A stretch of 64,000 nucleotides of DNA from Octopus sinensis (Eukaryota). The stretch lies in assembly GCF_006345805.1 (NCBI RefSeq), contig NC_042999.1:94550001-94614000 (forward strand), given 5' to 3'. A model generated the notes under the pieces. That model was not told the DNA's origin and searched no databases. It saw nothing but the letters and a program-made list of their open reading frames with translations. This document shows positions 27,291 to 40,159 of the stretch, in pieces. The position numbers and the translations under genes are program-made. Each line of letters begins with the position of its first letter. Positions within the stretch are counted from its first letter, which is position 1.

Positions 27291-30200
27291 CATATATCTT
27301 ACTGTACATATATATATATATTCATATATAAATCAACAGGTACTACATAGGGGAAGAGGAACTCGAATGTACCACAGACTGGTGAAGGCTATGCCACTGT
27401 TAAGAATATTCCTGTTAAGAAATATGTACTCTAAAAAGGTGTTGAGTATTTCATCAATTTTATGTAAAATTGTTTTAATTATAACTCGACTTAAAAGCAT
27501 TTATATACATATATACATACATATATGTGTGTGTATTTGCGTGTGTGTATAGTTATATGGAAGTGTATGCATATATGCACTTATATGTACATATAAGTGC
27601 ATATATATGTATCATTATGCACATATATTTACATACGCCTATATGCATATATACATATACACATGCAATGATATATACTAAATGTTTGCCTGTGTATGTG
27701 TAATATAACTACTAAAGTGCATGCATTATTTTTCAGTAAAATTCCAATTGTAATTTTTTAATCGCATGGATAATTCCGTACGCCCTGGGAAATAAAGACA
27801 ATAAACGATAATTCACATTTCCATTGTTTTGCAATGTAGATTCTAAATACGTAAACATTTCTTCGGTAGTTTTTACTGATTTGTTTATAAATATTCCATG
27901 AAATTGCTTGCAGGTACTTATAATGCAGCTAGTCAACTTAGAAACAACTTACAGTTTTCCATTTCTATAAATATCCCACATTATAACAATTGTATTATGT
28001 ACTCAAGATTGTAATCTTTAACAAATATATTTGCTTTTGGTTTATGATATTCTAGTGCTATATATATCCACTCCGTTGAATCTATAGTAACCATACGTTA
28101 CTCAATATCTGGGCAGCAGTTATACAAGAAAATCCTTTTATTATTTTATAGCTAAAAATAAAGGGATATATTTGGAGATGGGCAGTGAAATTGGAAGGAT
28201 TTGTTTCCCTGGTTAGTTTAATCATATTTGTAGCGTTTACCCAATATTCAAGACATTTCTGGCAGGTGCCGTAACATAAATGCCCGTAATGTGACTCCCA
28301 GTCTATACTTATATCAGTATTTTGTCAAGATAAACTCTGTCTAGATAAATCAATAGTTGCTTTATATAAGCTAAAAGAATAACCTTTTAAACAGGCCAAA
28401 GCCGATGGTATTAATGAAGAGCATATTTCTATGGAGTTTACGCTATAATTTAATCGAATTCTTTAGTAGCAGAGACCGATTTCGAGTTTATACCTTCATA
28501 TAAGATTCAAGATTGTCCAAGTGAGGTAAATTCAAAGCAAATTATTGGGAAATTTGCTAATGTCTGTATTGCAACTACTTCTCGAGATGTCGTGTATTAT
28601 TTGGCTTTTTCATATTTTTTTATTCTTAACTCATTGTATCGATCCTCAGGTTGTGGATGAAAGGATAAGTAACTCGGAGTCTAATTTGAATTCCGAGCGT
28701 AACGTGTGATAATGTGTGATGATGTAATCGTTCAATCCAAAATATTTCTGTGTTTACTAATCACCTGTAATCTTCTTGTCTCATATTTACAAATGTGGTG
28801 GAAATGCCTCAGTATTTTGTTTCACTTTTTGTTTTCTTCTGTATTAAACGCTTCTATTGCTGTTATTCCCTCTTGTATCTTTAGATGAGAAACTAAGTGC
28901 CATTTATACGCTGTGATTGATTATAGGCTTCGCTAATACAGGTTTTGTTTCGATGTTGTTCATGAGGAAATTTGAAACAAATATTGTTCAGTATGCGTTA
29001 CAGTGTGCAAAATTACTGGAATCATGCTTCTCTAGTTGATTCTGATTGGCAAGCATGTTAGTGTTCTCGTTGGATTTCTATTTCTAAGAAGTTTACAAAG
29101 CAATTGAGAAGGATATGCTATAGTCGATTCCATCGTTTAGCCTTCATGCATTGTTTTAGTCTATGAATTATTCAGTTTCAAAGAATTTCCTAAATTCTAA
29201 TGCGTTTATTTTCCAGTTTACATTCTCTGAACGAATGATGGAAGTAAAAAGCAAACAAGTGAAGATTTTTATTTCGGTTTATATGTCAAACCGAAATTAC
29301 AACACTCATTAATTAATAAATAAGTACATTGTGAGAAATGTGAATGTTGCAAAGTCCATTTGTTTTACGAGGATCATGTAGAAGTCAAATGAAAAACTGA
29401 TTTATGTGCTAAATTTCATTTAAGTTTCACATACTAAAGTTGTCTGTTGAAAATTCTAAGCAGCTTCTTTGGAGTCTGACATTCTCGATTACGTACATTT
29501 CAGAAACATTATAGCTATAAGTCCTTCGACAAAAAAGAGAAATGTTTAAACTTTTTCCTTCTTTGCCAACATTTTTCCTTCCCAGTATATTAGAAATCCT
29601 GTGCACGTGAAAAATTTCTCATTAGTGTTTATCGAATGACTGCATTTTATCTAATCAAATATGTGCTACCTACCATGGTATTATTGTCTATTTTACTATA
29701 GCTTAAGGGATTAATAAAGATGGAGTTCTTGTTACGTTGAGTTAAAATTAAATTATATCGAAATGAAAATTTATTATTTCCCATAAACAAAACGATAAAT
29801 AAAACAAATGCATTCTATTTGCCACTTACTAACTGCCAGAGCATCATTATAATTATTCCTTGAATGATATTTGGAACAGCCATTCTTCTGTGTCTGTCCA
29901 CAGGGATGTTGTTTTTAATTAAACATGTATATTAGGAAAGGTGCATAGCGCTCAAATGATTCATTTTCTTCTAGGGATTAATCTACATCCTCTTAAAAAA
30001 AGGATTTATCAGACGCATTTCTTTAGATAGTTTACATGATATGTGTGAGAGAGACAAGGGGAGGGAGAGACAGACAGATAGACAGACAGAGACAGCGAGA
30101 GTGTGGGTGTATGTTTTAATTTTAACTACACTTTTTCAATTTACTTAAATTGAAAATATTCCGATCGACACTTCAAAGAATATTTGACGCAGTTGATTTA

Positions 30201-30729
30201 GTTTGAGGTCTATGGATACCAGAATCAATAGAACACTAGCTAAAGCGCACCCGTTAATTAAAGTTCCTTGGTCAAATATCTGCTTACACAGAACAGAGTT
30301 GCTTTTGACTCATCAGTTAAAACAACTTACTCTTTAAATAGTAGTATATTAAATAGTAGCAACTTACAACCTTCACTTAATCCTCAGGTTAATTCAATAG
30401 TCATCTTTTGTGACAGGCTGCCCCTTTTATTTCTGAGATCGTTTACTCACACATAATTCTACAAGGATTTATTTTACAGTAAACACAAAGTTGATTTGAG
30501 GCGAGCATGCAAGATGCTGTTTATTATTTTGTGTGTGTGTGTGTGTGTGTGTCTGTGTCTGTGTCTGTGTGTATGTGTTACAACCGTAGAATCACCATTA
30601 GTCATGCTTTTTCTGGGTTTTTTTAAAACAAAATTTGGCCTTTTGGTATACCTGTCTCCTACTTTTACAATAGAAGCTCTTAATAAAATTTCCTCACTAA
30701 TACATACATAGACGGATATATCCCTGTTA

Positions 30730-32764
30730 GCTAACTCCACGCAGTCTTCTACTGATATTATACCTCTACCACCATCCTTTCTTGGTAAACATAATCTTAC
30801 TACTCCTGCTCTTGGATGAAGTCCTCCTTACATATTAAATTCGTTCCTTGTTCTCTTATCTAGATTTGCAATTTCACATTTTTTGCAATGTACAACTGTT
30901 GAATATAAAAGTAACGACACTGCTCAAGCATTTACAGCCTTCTCTAGATTCGAATTATTTAGCCGAGACTTCATTGACGTCTTCACCCTTCTGATGTACT
31001 CCTCAACCTTCTCTTTCATTTATATAGTTAGAACTTCCCCTGATTCTAATACTTCTAGATGAGTATAACTTTCTATTTCTTTCAATAATTTTCCTGTTTG
31101 ACCATCTGGTAACTGAATGCCTTCACCGCTGACTAGCAGTCCTATTTTTGTGACGAATATTGCGCACTTATCTGTGCCAAATTCCATACCTTTATCTTTG
31201 CTGAAGTGTCTTATAGTTCGTATTAAAGAATGTATCACTTTTCTAACTAAAAAAACATCGGGTTATCAATGTAAGGTAAATGGGTAATATTTCTCTAAAC
31301 GGATGCCCTACTTTTGCCTTTCTTAATACGAAACTGATGGGTATTAAACATAACACAAATGTTAATGGTAGAAATGATTCAGACTGGAACATTCCTCTCT
31401 TGATATTAACTCTCCGTAAGGTTGTATGACCTGAGAAAAGCTTTACATTCCATTTCTTCATGCTATAACTATTAGGTTGTCCGAAAAGTTCAGAGCGGTT
31501 TTAAGCTAGATCTTTTATCGCTTAATTGAACACACCTGAAACGTAACTCAGTTAAAACTTTGGTAATGCTTGAAGAGGTAGTGCATCTCTTCTTTGATCC
31601 TGACTAAAAAATAAATTTATCTTTCATTCTGGTTACCCTTCTTTGACATTTAAAATGGATAGCCAAAAATTTCATATTCGCGTTGTAATACTTTTCTGTT
31701 TATAAAAAGTAGCAAATGATGCAAAAACTTGCAAAAAGATATGTGAAGTTTATGGTGATGATGTCGTAAGTGAATCAGCTTTTCGAAGGTAGTTTGCAAA
31801 ATTTAAAGCTGAAGAGTTTAGATTGGAAAATGACAGTCTCAGTTGAAGGCCTTCAAAAATCGAAGTAAACATCACAGCTAGAGAACTTGCAGAGGTGCTT
31901 GACGTTTTTAGAAGTACGTCTCATGAAATACCTAGTGAAGTTAGGATGCATTTCTCGCTATAATATATGGGTCCCCCACAAAATCTCAGAAAAGAATTGC
32001 TAGGCATTCTGTTCGTGGTATGCTTTTGTAACGAAATGAAAGCATGCCTTTTTTGAAACGACGTGTGACTGGAGATGAAAAATGGATTGGGTACGAAAAC
32101 AGTGCAAAAAAAGTCCTGGATTTTGCGTATGGACCTCCCAAAACAGCAACCAAAGACGAATATCCATGCTAAAACAGCTGTCCTTTGTATTTGTTGGGAT
32201 CATAAATTCATTATTTATTATGAGCTTCTCCTACAAAACCTGACCATTAATTTCGATGTGTACTGTCGTCAGATGGATAATTTGAAACAAAAATCAAAGA
32301 ATTGAGACCGAAGATTGCTAACAGGAAAAGGATAGTGTTCCGACAAGACAATACCGGACCACATGTGTCTTTGGCTACCTGAATGAAGTTGCATGAACTA
32401 GCCTGGGATTTCGTACCCCATACACTATATTATACTGATATTGCGCCATCCTACTACCTGTAGTTTTTGTCTCTACAGAATGCATTGCAAAGAAAAACAT
32501 TTAATGATTTAGATGGAGTCAAAATGTATATAGAAAAAATGTTTTTCAAAACCAGTCAAATTTTACGCTGTTTGAATATATAAATTGCCTGATAGATGAA
32601 CAGATGTCATTAATAATAAGGGAAATTATTTCATTCAATAAAATTTATTGAATGGTCAATTATTTTTTATCCCATTTAGCATATTAAAAAACGCTCAGAA
32701 CTTTCCAACAACCTAATAATTAAATATTTTATGTTGCCTGCAATACTGGAATCATGTCATAGAC

Positions 32765-32765
<1 letters not shown>
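30730..32765 (-). mobile_element. 5'-truncated R4/Dong-type LINE RT fragment interrupted by a mariner
   Basis: Minus strand: (TAA)n | VYDMIPV.. | mariner at TA | SMKKWNVKL..RGMFQSES.LPLTFVLCLIP..GMEFGTDKCA..YTHLEVLES..LHPRAGV.RL.LPRKDGGRG. Confidence 0.8.
31472..32716 (+). mobile_element. Full-length but decayed mariner element (~1.25 kb)
   Basis: TA|ttaggttgtccgaaaagttcagagcg ... acgctcagaactttccaacaacctaa|TA; ATG at 31655; WVPHK, TGDEKWI, QDNTGPH and YTDIAPS motifs with stops and frameshifts. Confidence 0.9.
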
Positions 32766-32830
<65 letters not shown>

Positions 32831-32882
32831 TATTATTATTATTATTATATTATTATTATTTCTATTATTATTATTATTATTA

Positions 32883-32972
<90 letters not shown>

Positions 32973-32974
32973 TC

Positions 32975-33019
<45 letters not shown>

Positions 33020-33040
33020 CATTATTATTATTATTATTAT
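32765..33040. repeat. (ATT)n microsatellite
   Basis: Direct reading. Confidence 0.95.
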
Positions 33041-33300
33041 AGTTTCAGTCGTCTTTCTTTGTTTGTCCGTGGACAAGATATCTCAAGAATCGCTGGATAG
33101 ATTCAGATAAAACTTTCAGAGATGTTTTGCCTTGTGACTGGCACGAATTGATTAATCTTTGAGGGTGGCTGGGATCATTTTTAGTATTCTCATTTGTGGG
33201 AGCAGTCGAGTTTATTTTAAATATTCTCATTTTAAAAATCACCTCTGGCTAATCCTCCAGAGGACGTTGGTGTTACCTTGGCGGATATTTGCGCTCTCTG
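33041..33300 (+). mobile_element. Non-autonomous Helentron/DINE-1-like (HINE-type) element, partial
   Basis: tttgtttgtccgtggacaagatatctcaagaatc..gat..aaactttc and 3' ccttggcgga..tttgcgctctctgagtgctct resemble HINE-type ends; family assignment from memory. Confidence 0.5.
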
Positions 33301-33367
33301 AGTGCTCTTAATATTATCATTATAAAAATAATAATAATTATTATCATTATTATCATTATTATTATTA

Positions 33368-33430
<63 letters not shown>

Positions 33431-33434
<4 letters not shown>

Positions 33435-34910
33435 TAGTTTTATTTTTTATAGCGTGCTTTCACTTCACTACCGAGCGCAGCTCTGTGTGCCTTGGGTATG
33501 TGCTGTGATTTGTTGTGATGCTCTGATGGTTATTGTATGGAAAGTGTTCTGCGTAGGATGTGTGCAGTGCCTAGTAGTGCAATTTTCTGTATGTTATATG
33601 TGTTTGTAAGTCCTGGTGTTTTTGTTATGTATTTGTCTGAATATTTTTTTATCATGCCTAATGCACCTACTATGATAGGAATTGTTTCTGTTTTTAGATT
33701 CCACATTCTGTTTATCTCCATTTCCAGGTCTTTGTATTTTGAAAGTTTCTCCATTTCTTTTAGAGACACGGTGTCATCTGCCGGTATTGATACATCAATT
33801 AGAAAGCATTTTTTTCCTTCGTGATCTCTGACAACTATATCTGGTCTGTTGGCCTTAATTTCTCTATCTGTGTGTATCGGCATATCCCAGAGTATGGTTG
33901 CTTTCTCGTTTTCTGTGACCTTTTCTGGTGTGTGCCTATACCATCTTTTTTCTGTTGTTATTCCATAATGTTGGCATAGTTTCCAGTGTATGTAGGTTCC
34001 AACTCTGTCACGTCTGTGAATATATTCCTTCTTAGCCAGGACTGGGCAGCCAGAGATAATATGATTTATTGTTTCTTGTCAATCTCCACATATTCTGCAA
34101 TTACTTGTTATATTTCTTTTCATTGCATGTTTTTGGTCATTTCTGGTGGGGAGGCTTTGGTCTTGTGCTGCAATTAAAAATCCCTCTGTCTCTGCTTTGA
34201 GTTCTGAGCTTCTCAACCATTGCTGGGATTTTTCTTTGTCTATTTCTTTTGCATTTAGTTTAGTCCAGTATTCACCGTGGAGGGTTTTTTCTTGCCATCG
34301 TTTTATCATGGTCCGTTGCTGTTCTAGTTTTAGTTTGGATTTCATTTGTTTTATAGCTTTTGTTGTTTCTTCATCTTCTTCTTCTTCTTCTTCTTCTTTA
34401 TATTTGTTAGGTGGTATGATTTCTTGTTTGTATTTGTCAGCTTCCTTAAATACTGAGAACAGTTTTTTGCTTTGCTCGTGTTTTGCCGCTATTTGTATCA
34501 GTTTCCCTTCCTTCTGAAGTAGATATTTTTGCAGTCCTATGGTGGTTATTTTATAGTAGTTTTCCAGCTGTATAAGGCCTCTACCACCTTCTATACGTTG
34601 TACATATAGTCTTTCTATGTCAGATTTTGGGTGATGCATCCTAGACCCTGTCATTATTTTTCTTGTTCTCCTATCTATTTTGGTCAGTTCATTTAGTGTC
34701 CAGTTAAGGATATTGTAGCTGTAACTTATAACTGGGACAGCTAAAGTGTTAATACCTATTATCTTGTTTTTAGCATTGAGCTCTGTTTTTAGTATTGATC
34801 TAACTCGTCTATAATATTCTTTTTTTATTTTCTCTTTCATTTGTGTGTGTTGTGTCTTATCTAGTTCATGGATTCCTAAGTATTTGTAAGTTTGGCTTTG
34901 GACTAATTCT
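33431..34910 (-). mobile_element. 5'-truncated R4/Dong-clade LINE (RT C-terminus, CCHC knuckle, REL endonuclease, 3' UTR) flanked by (TAA)n on both sides
   Basis: ORF 34079-34840 (KEYYRRVR..HPKSDIERLY..GGRGL..ETEGFLIAAQDQ..CRICGD), one frameshift, then HIISGCP..LAKKEY..ILWD and RPDIVV..CFLIDVSIP..EKLSKYKDL REL motif (33530-33883). Confidence 0.9.
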
Positions 34911-34948
34911 TTATTATTATTATTATTATTATTATTATATTATTATTA

Positions 34949-34997
<49 letters not shown>

Positions 34998-35015
34998 GTT
35001 GTTGTTGTTGTTGTC

Positions 35016-35218
35016 AAGACGTCTAGTCGTTAGCACACCGGGAAAAATGCTCAGCGCCATCCCATCATTACGTTCTGATTTTAAATTCCGCCGAGGTCGA
35101 CTGTGCTTTCATCCTTTCGAGGTCGATAAATTAATTACAGGTGAATCACTGGAGTCAATGTAATCGACTTACCTTCTTCCCCAAAATTTCAGACCTTATG
35201 CCTATAGTAGAAAGAATT
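35016..35218 (+). mobile_element. OR-like tRNA SINE
   Basis: tcgttagcacaccggg..acgttctgattttaaattccgccgaggtcgac..gtaatcgacttacc..agtagaaagaattatt. Confidence 0.75.
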
Positions 35219-35219
35219 A

Positions 35220-36095
35220 TTGTCGGGCAACGGATTCGGTGGGAGTTCTATAGGGTATTAGTGGCGGACAAGAGAGACGACGTCCATTTTGAAACTGTGT
35301 AACTCGGGAGGATCAATTAGCTGGTCTCTTTCGGGAGACTTTAGGGCAGGGACATATGGATAACCTCCAGAAATCCCTGGCCTTGCAGTGCTACCGGGGA
35401 GCTCTGCCGGTTCGAAACATGCTTTACAGACACGGAAGTGCTATCAGACACGGAAGTGTTGTCCGTGGTGTACGCAGGGCGAAGAAACCATCTAGCATGC
35501 AGTCGTCCAGTATCCGCGCATTATTGAATAGTGGAGCTTGGTCCAACAGCTGTTATCACGTGTAGGACGGATCTTGTTATCAGTCGCTTCCACCGTGAAG
35601 GTCACCACACCGCCTTCCTTTAGCCGTGAAGGAAAGGCAGTGTTCCTGTGCCTGTTGGCTAGTGCGAAGGAGGTAGTGTCGTGGACGAGACTGAAGGGAC
35701 TAAAGACTGATACTTTCCTCTTCGGCCAAGCCCTCATCGACTTTTTAAAGTTCCAGTTGACAAGGAAAGTGTAGGTAGGGAGGGAAATTCAGCCCTCAGT
35801 AAATATGCTGAAAGGAGGGATTTGTGGCTAGGACTGTCTGTATGAATGGGCCTATTCTGAACTTCTGTTTGTAAACTGGAGGAGTTGAGAGGGTGACAGG
35901 TTGTGTGGGATCTACGGTTGTCCCTGTGAAGAACTCCCCGCTTTTGAGGAATTTTTTATTGTTTAATTGTTTTCTTGTATGTTTTTTTTTTTCTTACTTA
36001 CTACATATACGGTATTGCTCAATATCCCACTGGTCTCTTGTATTTTATTATCCCTATGTGTTTTTTGCTCGGCCCTTATGATGAATAAAAGAAAA
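35220..36095 (+). mobile_element. Tx1/L1-like LINE 3' end (ORF2 C-terminal zinc knuckle, T-rich 3' UTR, aataaa)
   Basis: Frameshifted peptide LALQCYRGALPVRNMLYRHGS..CPWCTQGEETI*HA..WSLVQQLL..LASAKEVVSWTR; ends at aataaaagaaaa (~36085). Confidence 0.7.
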
Positions 36096-36107
36096 TATTA
36101 TTATTAC

Positions 36108-36153
<46 letters not shown>

Positions 36154-36164
36154 GTCATAATCAT

Positions 36165-36600
36165 CATTATTGAGTGATAGAGCAGCGCATAGCATTAAAG
36201 TGATACTGAGCTAAAATATACAAAGCCCAGTATACCATCGTGACTACGTGTCTGACAAGGGTACACCAAGCAAGCATCACAACCATGTGTGCTCGACATT
36301 GTGACCTTATATCGAGATAAACGCATGAATTGCAGGTGTGGCCCAGTTAGAATTTTCTTCAGATTGAGTAGCCCATCCCACACAAAATATCTCCGAATAA
36401 GGGTTGTTTAATGAGGATGAACGAAACACCTATGTTTCCAGAGGTGAATTATTAAGACCCCAAAAATTCTTCTCAACACATATCTATCACTAATTCTGCA
36501 CGTGATCAGAGATGCAGATACTGTCAACCACAATGGGACATGCTCAACTGACAAGCAAATCTATGGTATTGAGCAGAATATTTGCTGTAACCCATCTGTT
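36165..36600 (-). mobile_element. Second SINE-like family (OK-like), with (ATG)n tail
   Basis: Minus strand gggctactcaatctgaagaaaattctaac..cctgcaa..ggtgtacccttgtcagac..ctctatcactcaataatgat; second copy at 39100-39335. Confidence 0.6.
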
Positions 36601-36609
36601 GTTGTTGTA

Positions 36610-37270
36610 CTTGCTGAATCGTTAGCACGTTGGACGGAATTTCTTAGCGGTATTTCGTTCACATTCTAAGTACACATTCCTCCGAGGTCGGCTTTGTCTT
36701 TTAACCTTTCAGGGTCGATAATTTAAGTACAGAGTGAAACACTGGGGTCGATGAAATCGATTAGTCCTCTACCACAAAATTTCAGCCTTTGTACCTTTAG
36801 TAGAAAGGATTATCATCATCATCATCATCATTATCATTATCATTATTATTATTATTTGGAAGATCGTGAGCTGGCCAATTGTTACTGCACGGGACAAAAT
36901 GCTGAGTTATATTTCTTCTGACTTCAAATTCTACCGTGCTCAGCTTTGCCCTTCATCTTCTTGGGGTTTGTAAAATATGTGCCAGTTGAGAACTGGGGTC
37001 GATGTAACCGACTAACTCATTCTCCAAGTTTTCAGTAGAAAAGTTTGTTATTATCTTTACGGCAGTGAGCTGACAGAATCGTCACTGCACCGGACAAAAT
37101 GCTGAGCGGTATTTCATCCAACTTTACGTTCTGAATTCAAGTTCCTCCGCGGTCAACCTTGCCTTTCATCTTTACAGGATCACTAAAATAATTTCCAGTT
37201 GAACGGTGGGTTCGATGTAATCGACTACCCCTTCACTAGCTGTTGTCTTTGTTCCAAAACTTTTAGACAT
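36610..37270 (+). mobile_element. Three head-to-tail OR-like SINE copies (36610-36810, 36860-37045, 37060-37270)
   Basis: Each has a gagctg(g/a)cagaatcgt head, ttcaaatt B-box and ggggtcgatgtaa(t/c)cgact body. Confidence 0.75.
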
Positions 37271-37489
37271 ATTATTATATTCCTTCATTCATAATTAGAA
37301 TCATGTAATTATTATATACGTACGTCTACTGCTGACGATTATAATCTTATTTGATATTAGATTCATATCATCAGCATCGTATTTATCACCGTCATCATCA
37401 TAACTTCATCGAATAACTTGTCATTGTATTTATTGAGACAAACATGAAAATAAAGAGGATTTTACATAATTTGATGTTGTTTGTGTATG

Positions 37490-37536
<47 letters not shown>

Positions 37537-38149
37537 TATATATATATTTGAGTTAAATTCATAAAATATATACAAAGGAGATCCAAATTACATCTGCTAA
37601 TATTAGAATACACACATGACTTTAAAAGATTACGCTTGTACAATAGGAGAAAAAGCGAATCTTTCAAATTTCTTCTGGCAAATGAAGCAAGAAAAAATGT
37701 TTTTCATGTAACAGAGACTATTACAAATTTCATAAGAAAAAAACTGAATAATATTATTATGTATGGCGCCGGAATATAAAGAATTGTAGCTTTCATAGAA
37801 TTTAACAAAAAAATGTTACTTGTGCAACTACTGAAGTTAAAGGAATAGCTGAGGTAATATAAAGAGAAATTATTGATAATTCTATGTTGATGCTTTTATG
37901 CAATTAATTATTTCGATTAGAGTATGTTACATGGGAAATATTTTATTAGAGACAGCCGGTTTGATTTACTTGTAGCTGCTAAAATAGAAGAGAGAGACGT
38001 AAACTAAAATTACCGGTGAAAACATTTCTCTAAAATGTATGTATATCGACTGGAAACACAATAACTCAGACACATACACATGCATACGTACATGCACACA
38101 CATACACATACAGACATACACCCGCACACACACATATATATATACAGTG

Positions 38150-38236
<87 letters not shown>

Positions 38237-38257
38237 TAGATAGATAGACAGACAGGC

Positions 38258-38294
<37 letters not shown>

Positions 38295-38300
38295 CATATA
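38150..38300. repeat. (GATA)/(GACA)n compound microsatellite
   Basis: Direct reading. Confidence 0.95.
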
Positions 38301-38473
38301 AAGATAAACAGACAGAAAGACAGACACATAGAAAGATAAAGAGATACGTGTAAATTGTTTTGTATCTATCAGATTTAAAGTAGTGTTTCTCACCACAGAA
38401 TAATATTTTTTTACTCAATATAACAGGCAATCAACATATATTTACACGAAAGAAATGTATTTATTATCTTAAC

Positions 38474-38900
38474 ATTGAATTCTGGAGTGTTGCGTTCTTT
38501 TGAGGCCTCCTTTTTGATGGCCTTTAGAAGGAATTCTTTCAAGGTAGTAATCTCGTGGTAATCTCTCGAAAAATCCCAGTGCGTAACGAAGTAGAATTTC
38601 TGCAGAGACGAAATAGATTTTCTGGGGTTAAAAGAATTGGTATTTGAATTTCTCATTTTTTTTTAAACTTTGCTGGTCACAATAGTTACAGTTCTTGGTA
38701 TATTTTGTCGAAATTATTGCAATATTTAATCGCTGTGATGGATTCGCAGAGCTTCAAGAAATAGCAGTAGATGGTTCCACTTCCTGACTTATCAACAGTA
38801 GCCACAAACTCTCCCTCATACAAGCGTTTACGAAAATGATTTATGGCGCACAAGCTATTTGGTAGTTGTATATCAAATATCCACTTTCTGCCAGCAGTCA
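38474..38900 (-). other. Candidate pair of phase-compatible coding exons (38900-38690 and 38621-38474) with a 68-nt GT-AG intron
   Basis: Acceptors ttcttgcttgcattag and ttcttttaaccccag; donors gtaact and gttaag; the spliced frame is open for about 120 aa; no recognised homology. Confidence 0.25.
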
Positions 38901-39099
38901 CTAATGCAAGCAAGAAATTTGATCTTTTTTTTTTTTTCTTTGGGAAAACGAAATGAAAAACAGACGTGTCCCTTGGTTGTTGACGGTTGATCACGAGCGG
39001 AATTAGTGAGGAAGCATCGTAGCCATATGTTGAGAAAGAATAATTCACATCTGGAAACATGAGTGTTTCGATTATCATCCTTAAACAACCGTTATTCAG

Positions 39100-39335
39100 G
39101 GACATTTTGAGAGGAATGGGCTACTCGATCTGTAGAAAATTCTAGGTGGATCCCGCCTGCAAGGTCATGCGTTGTTTGACATGATATAAGATCACTATAT
39201 CGTGCACATATGTTTGTGCTGCATGTGCCTTGTGTACCCTTATAAGACAGGTAGTCGTGATGGGTATATTGGGCTTCGTATATTTGTAACCCAGTGTCAC
39301 TTTGATGGCATGCAACGTCTCTCACTCAATAATAA
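39100..39335 (+). mobile_element. SINE-like copy (same family as 36165-36600) whose tail runs into a GAA array
   Basis: gggctactcgatctgtagaaaattctagg..tgtacccttataagac..ctctcactcaataataa. Confidence 0.6.
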
Positions 39336-39338
39336 AAT

Positions 39339-39770
39339 TAAGAAGAAGAAAAGAAGAAGAAGAAGAAGAGAAGAAGAAGAAGAAGAAGAAGAAGAAGAAG
39401 AAGAAGAAGAAGAAGAAGAAGAAGAACAACAACAACAACAACGACAACCAGATGATGATGATGAAGAAGAAGATTAAGAAAAAGAAGACGAAGAATCAGA
39501 AGAAGAAGATAAAGAAAAAGAAGACGAAGAAACAGAAGAAGAAGAAGAAGAAGAGAAGAAGAAGAAGAAGAAGATGATGATGACGACGACGACGACGAAG
39601 AAGAAGAAGAAGAAGAAGAAGAAGAAACAGAAGAAGAAGAAGAAGAAGAAGAAGAAGAAGAAGATGATGATGACGACGACGACGACGAAGAAGAAGAAGA
39701 AGAAGAAGAAGAAGAAGAAGAAGAAGAAGAAGAAGAAGAAGAAGAAGAAGAAGAAGAAGAAGAAGAAGAA
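39339..39770. repeat. ~430-bp (GAA)n-rich compound array with internal higher-order duplication
   Basis: The gatgatgatgacgacgacgacgaa block is repeated ~87 bp apart; nearly pure purine strand. Confidence 0.95.
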
Positions 39771-40123
39771 TTGCAAACATGAGCACGATAGGAGATATAC
39801 AGCTTGTACGAATTTCCTGTACCAGTTATCATTCAAGGTTAAAAATATTTCTAAATAATTACAAGTTACGCACTAGGGTTGATGTAATCGATTTAATCTC
39901 TTTGTCTTTCCTTGTTTGTCCCCTCTATGTTTAACTCCTTGTGGGCAATGAAGAAATAAATTTTAGTTAAAATTGCAAAGATAATCATAACGAAATAATT
40001 GCTGACTATTAGAAAATGAACAAAAAAGGAATAGACTTTGTCTACTGGTTGTTATATTGAAAATTATTTTTCTTTCGAAATTCTTACTATTTTGCTGTTT
40101 TCTAAACTTTTTTTCTTTTTCAG

Positions 40124-40159
40124 GCGAAAAACCCCTTTCATTTACATTATCTATTGCCT
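40124..40159 (+). other. Candidate 36-nt symmetric microexon
   Basis: Strong acceptor ctaaactttttttctttttcag|G and consensus donor CCT|gtaagt; all three frames open (GEKPLSFTLSIA / AKNPFHLHYLLP / RKTPFIYIIYC). Confidence 0.4.
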
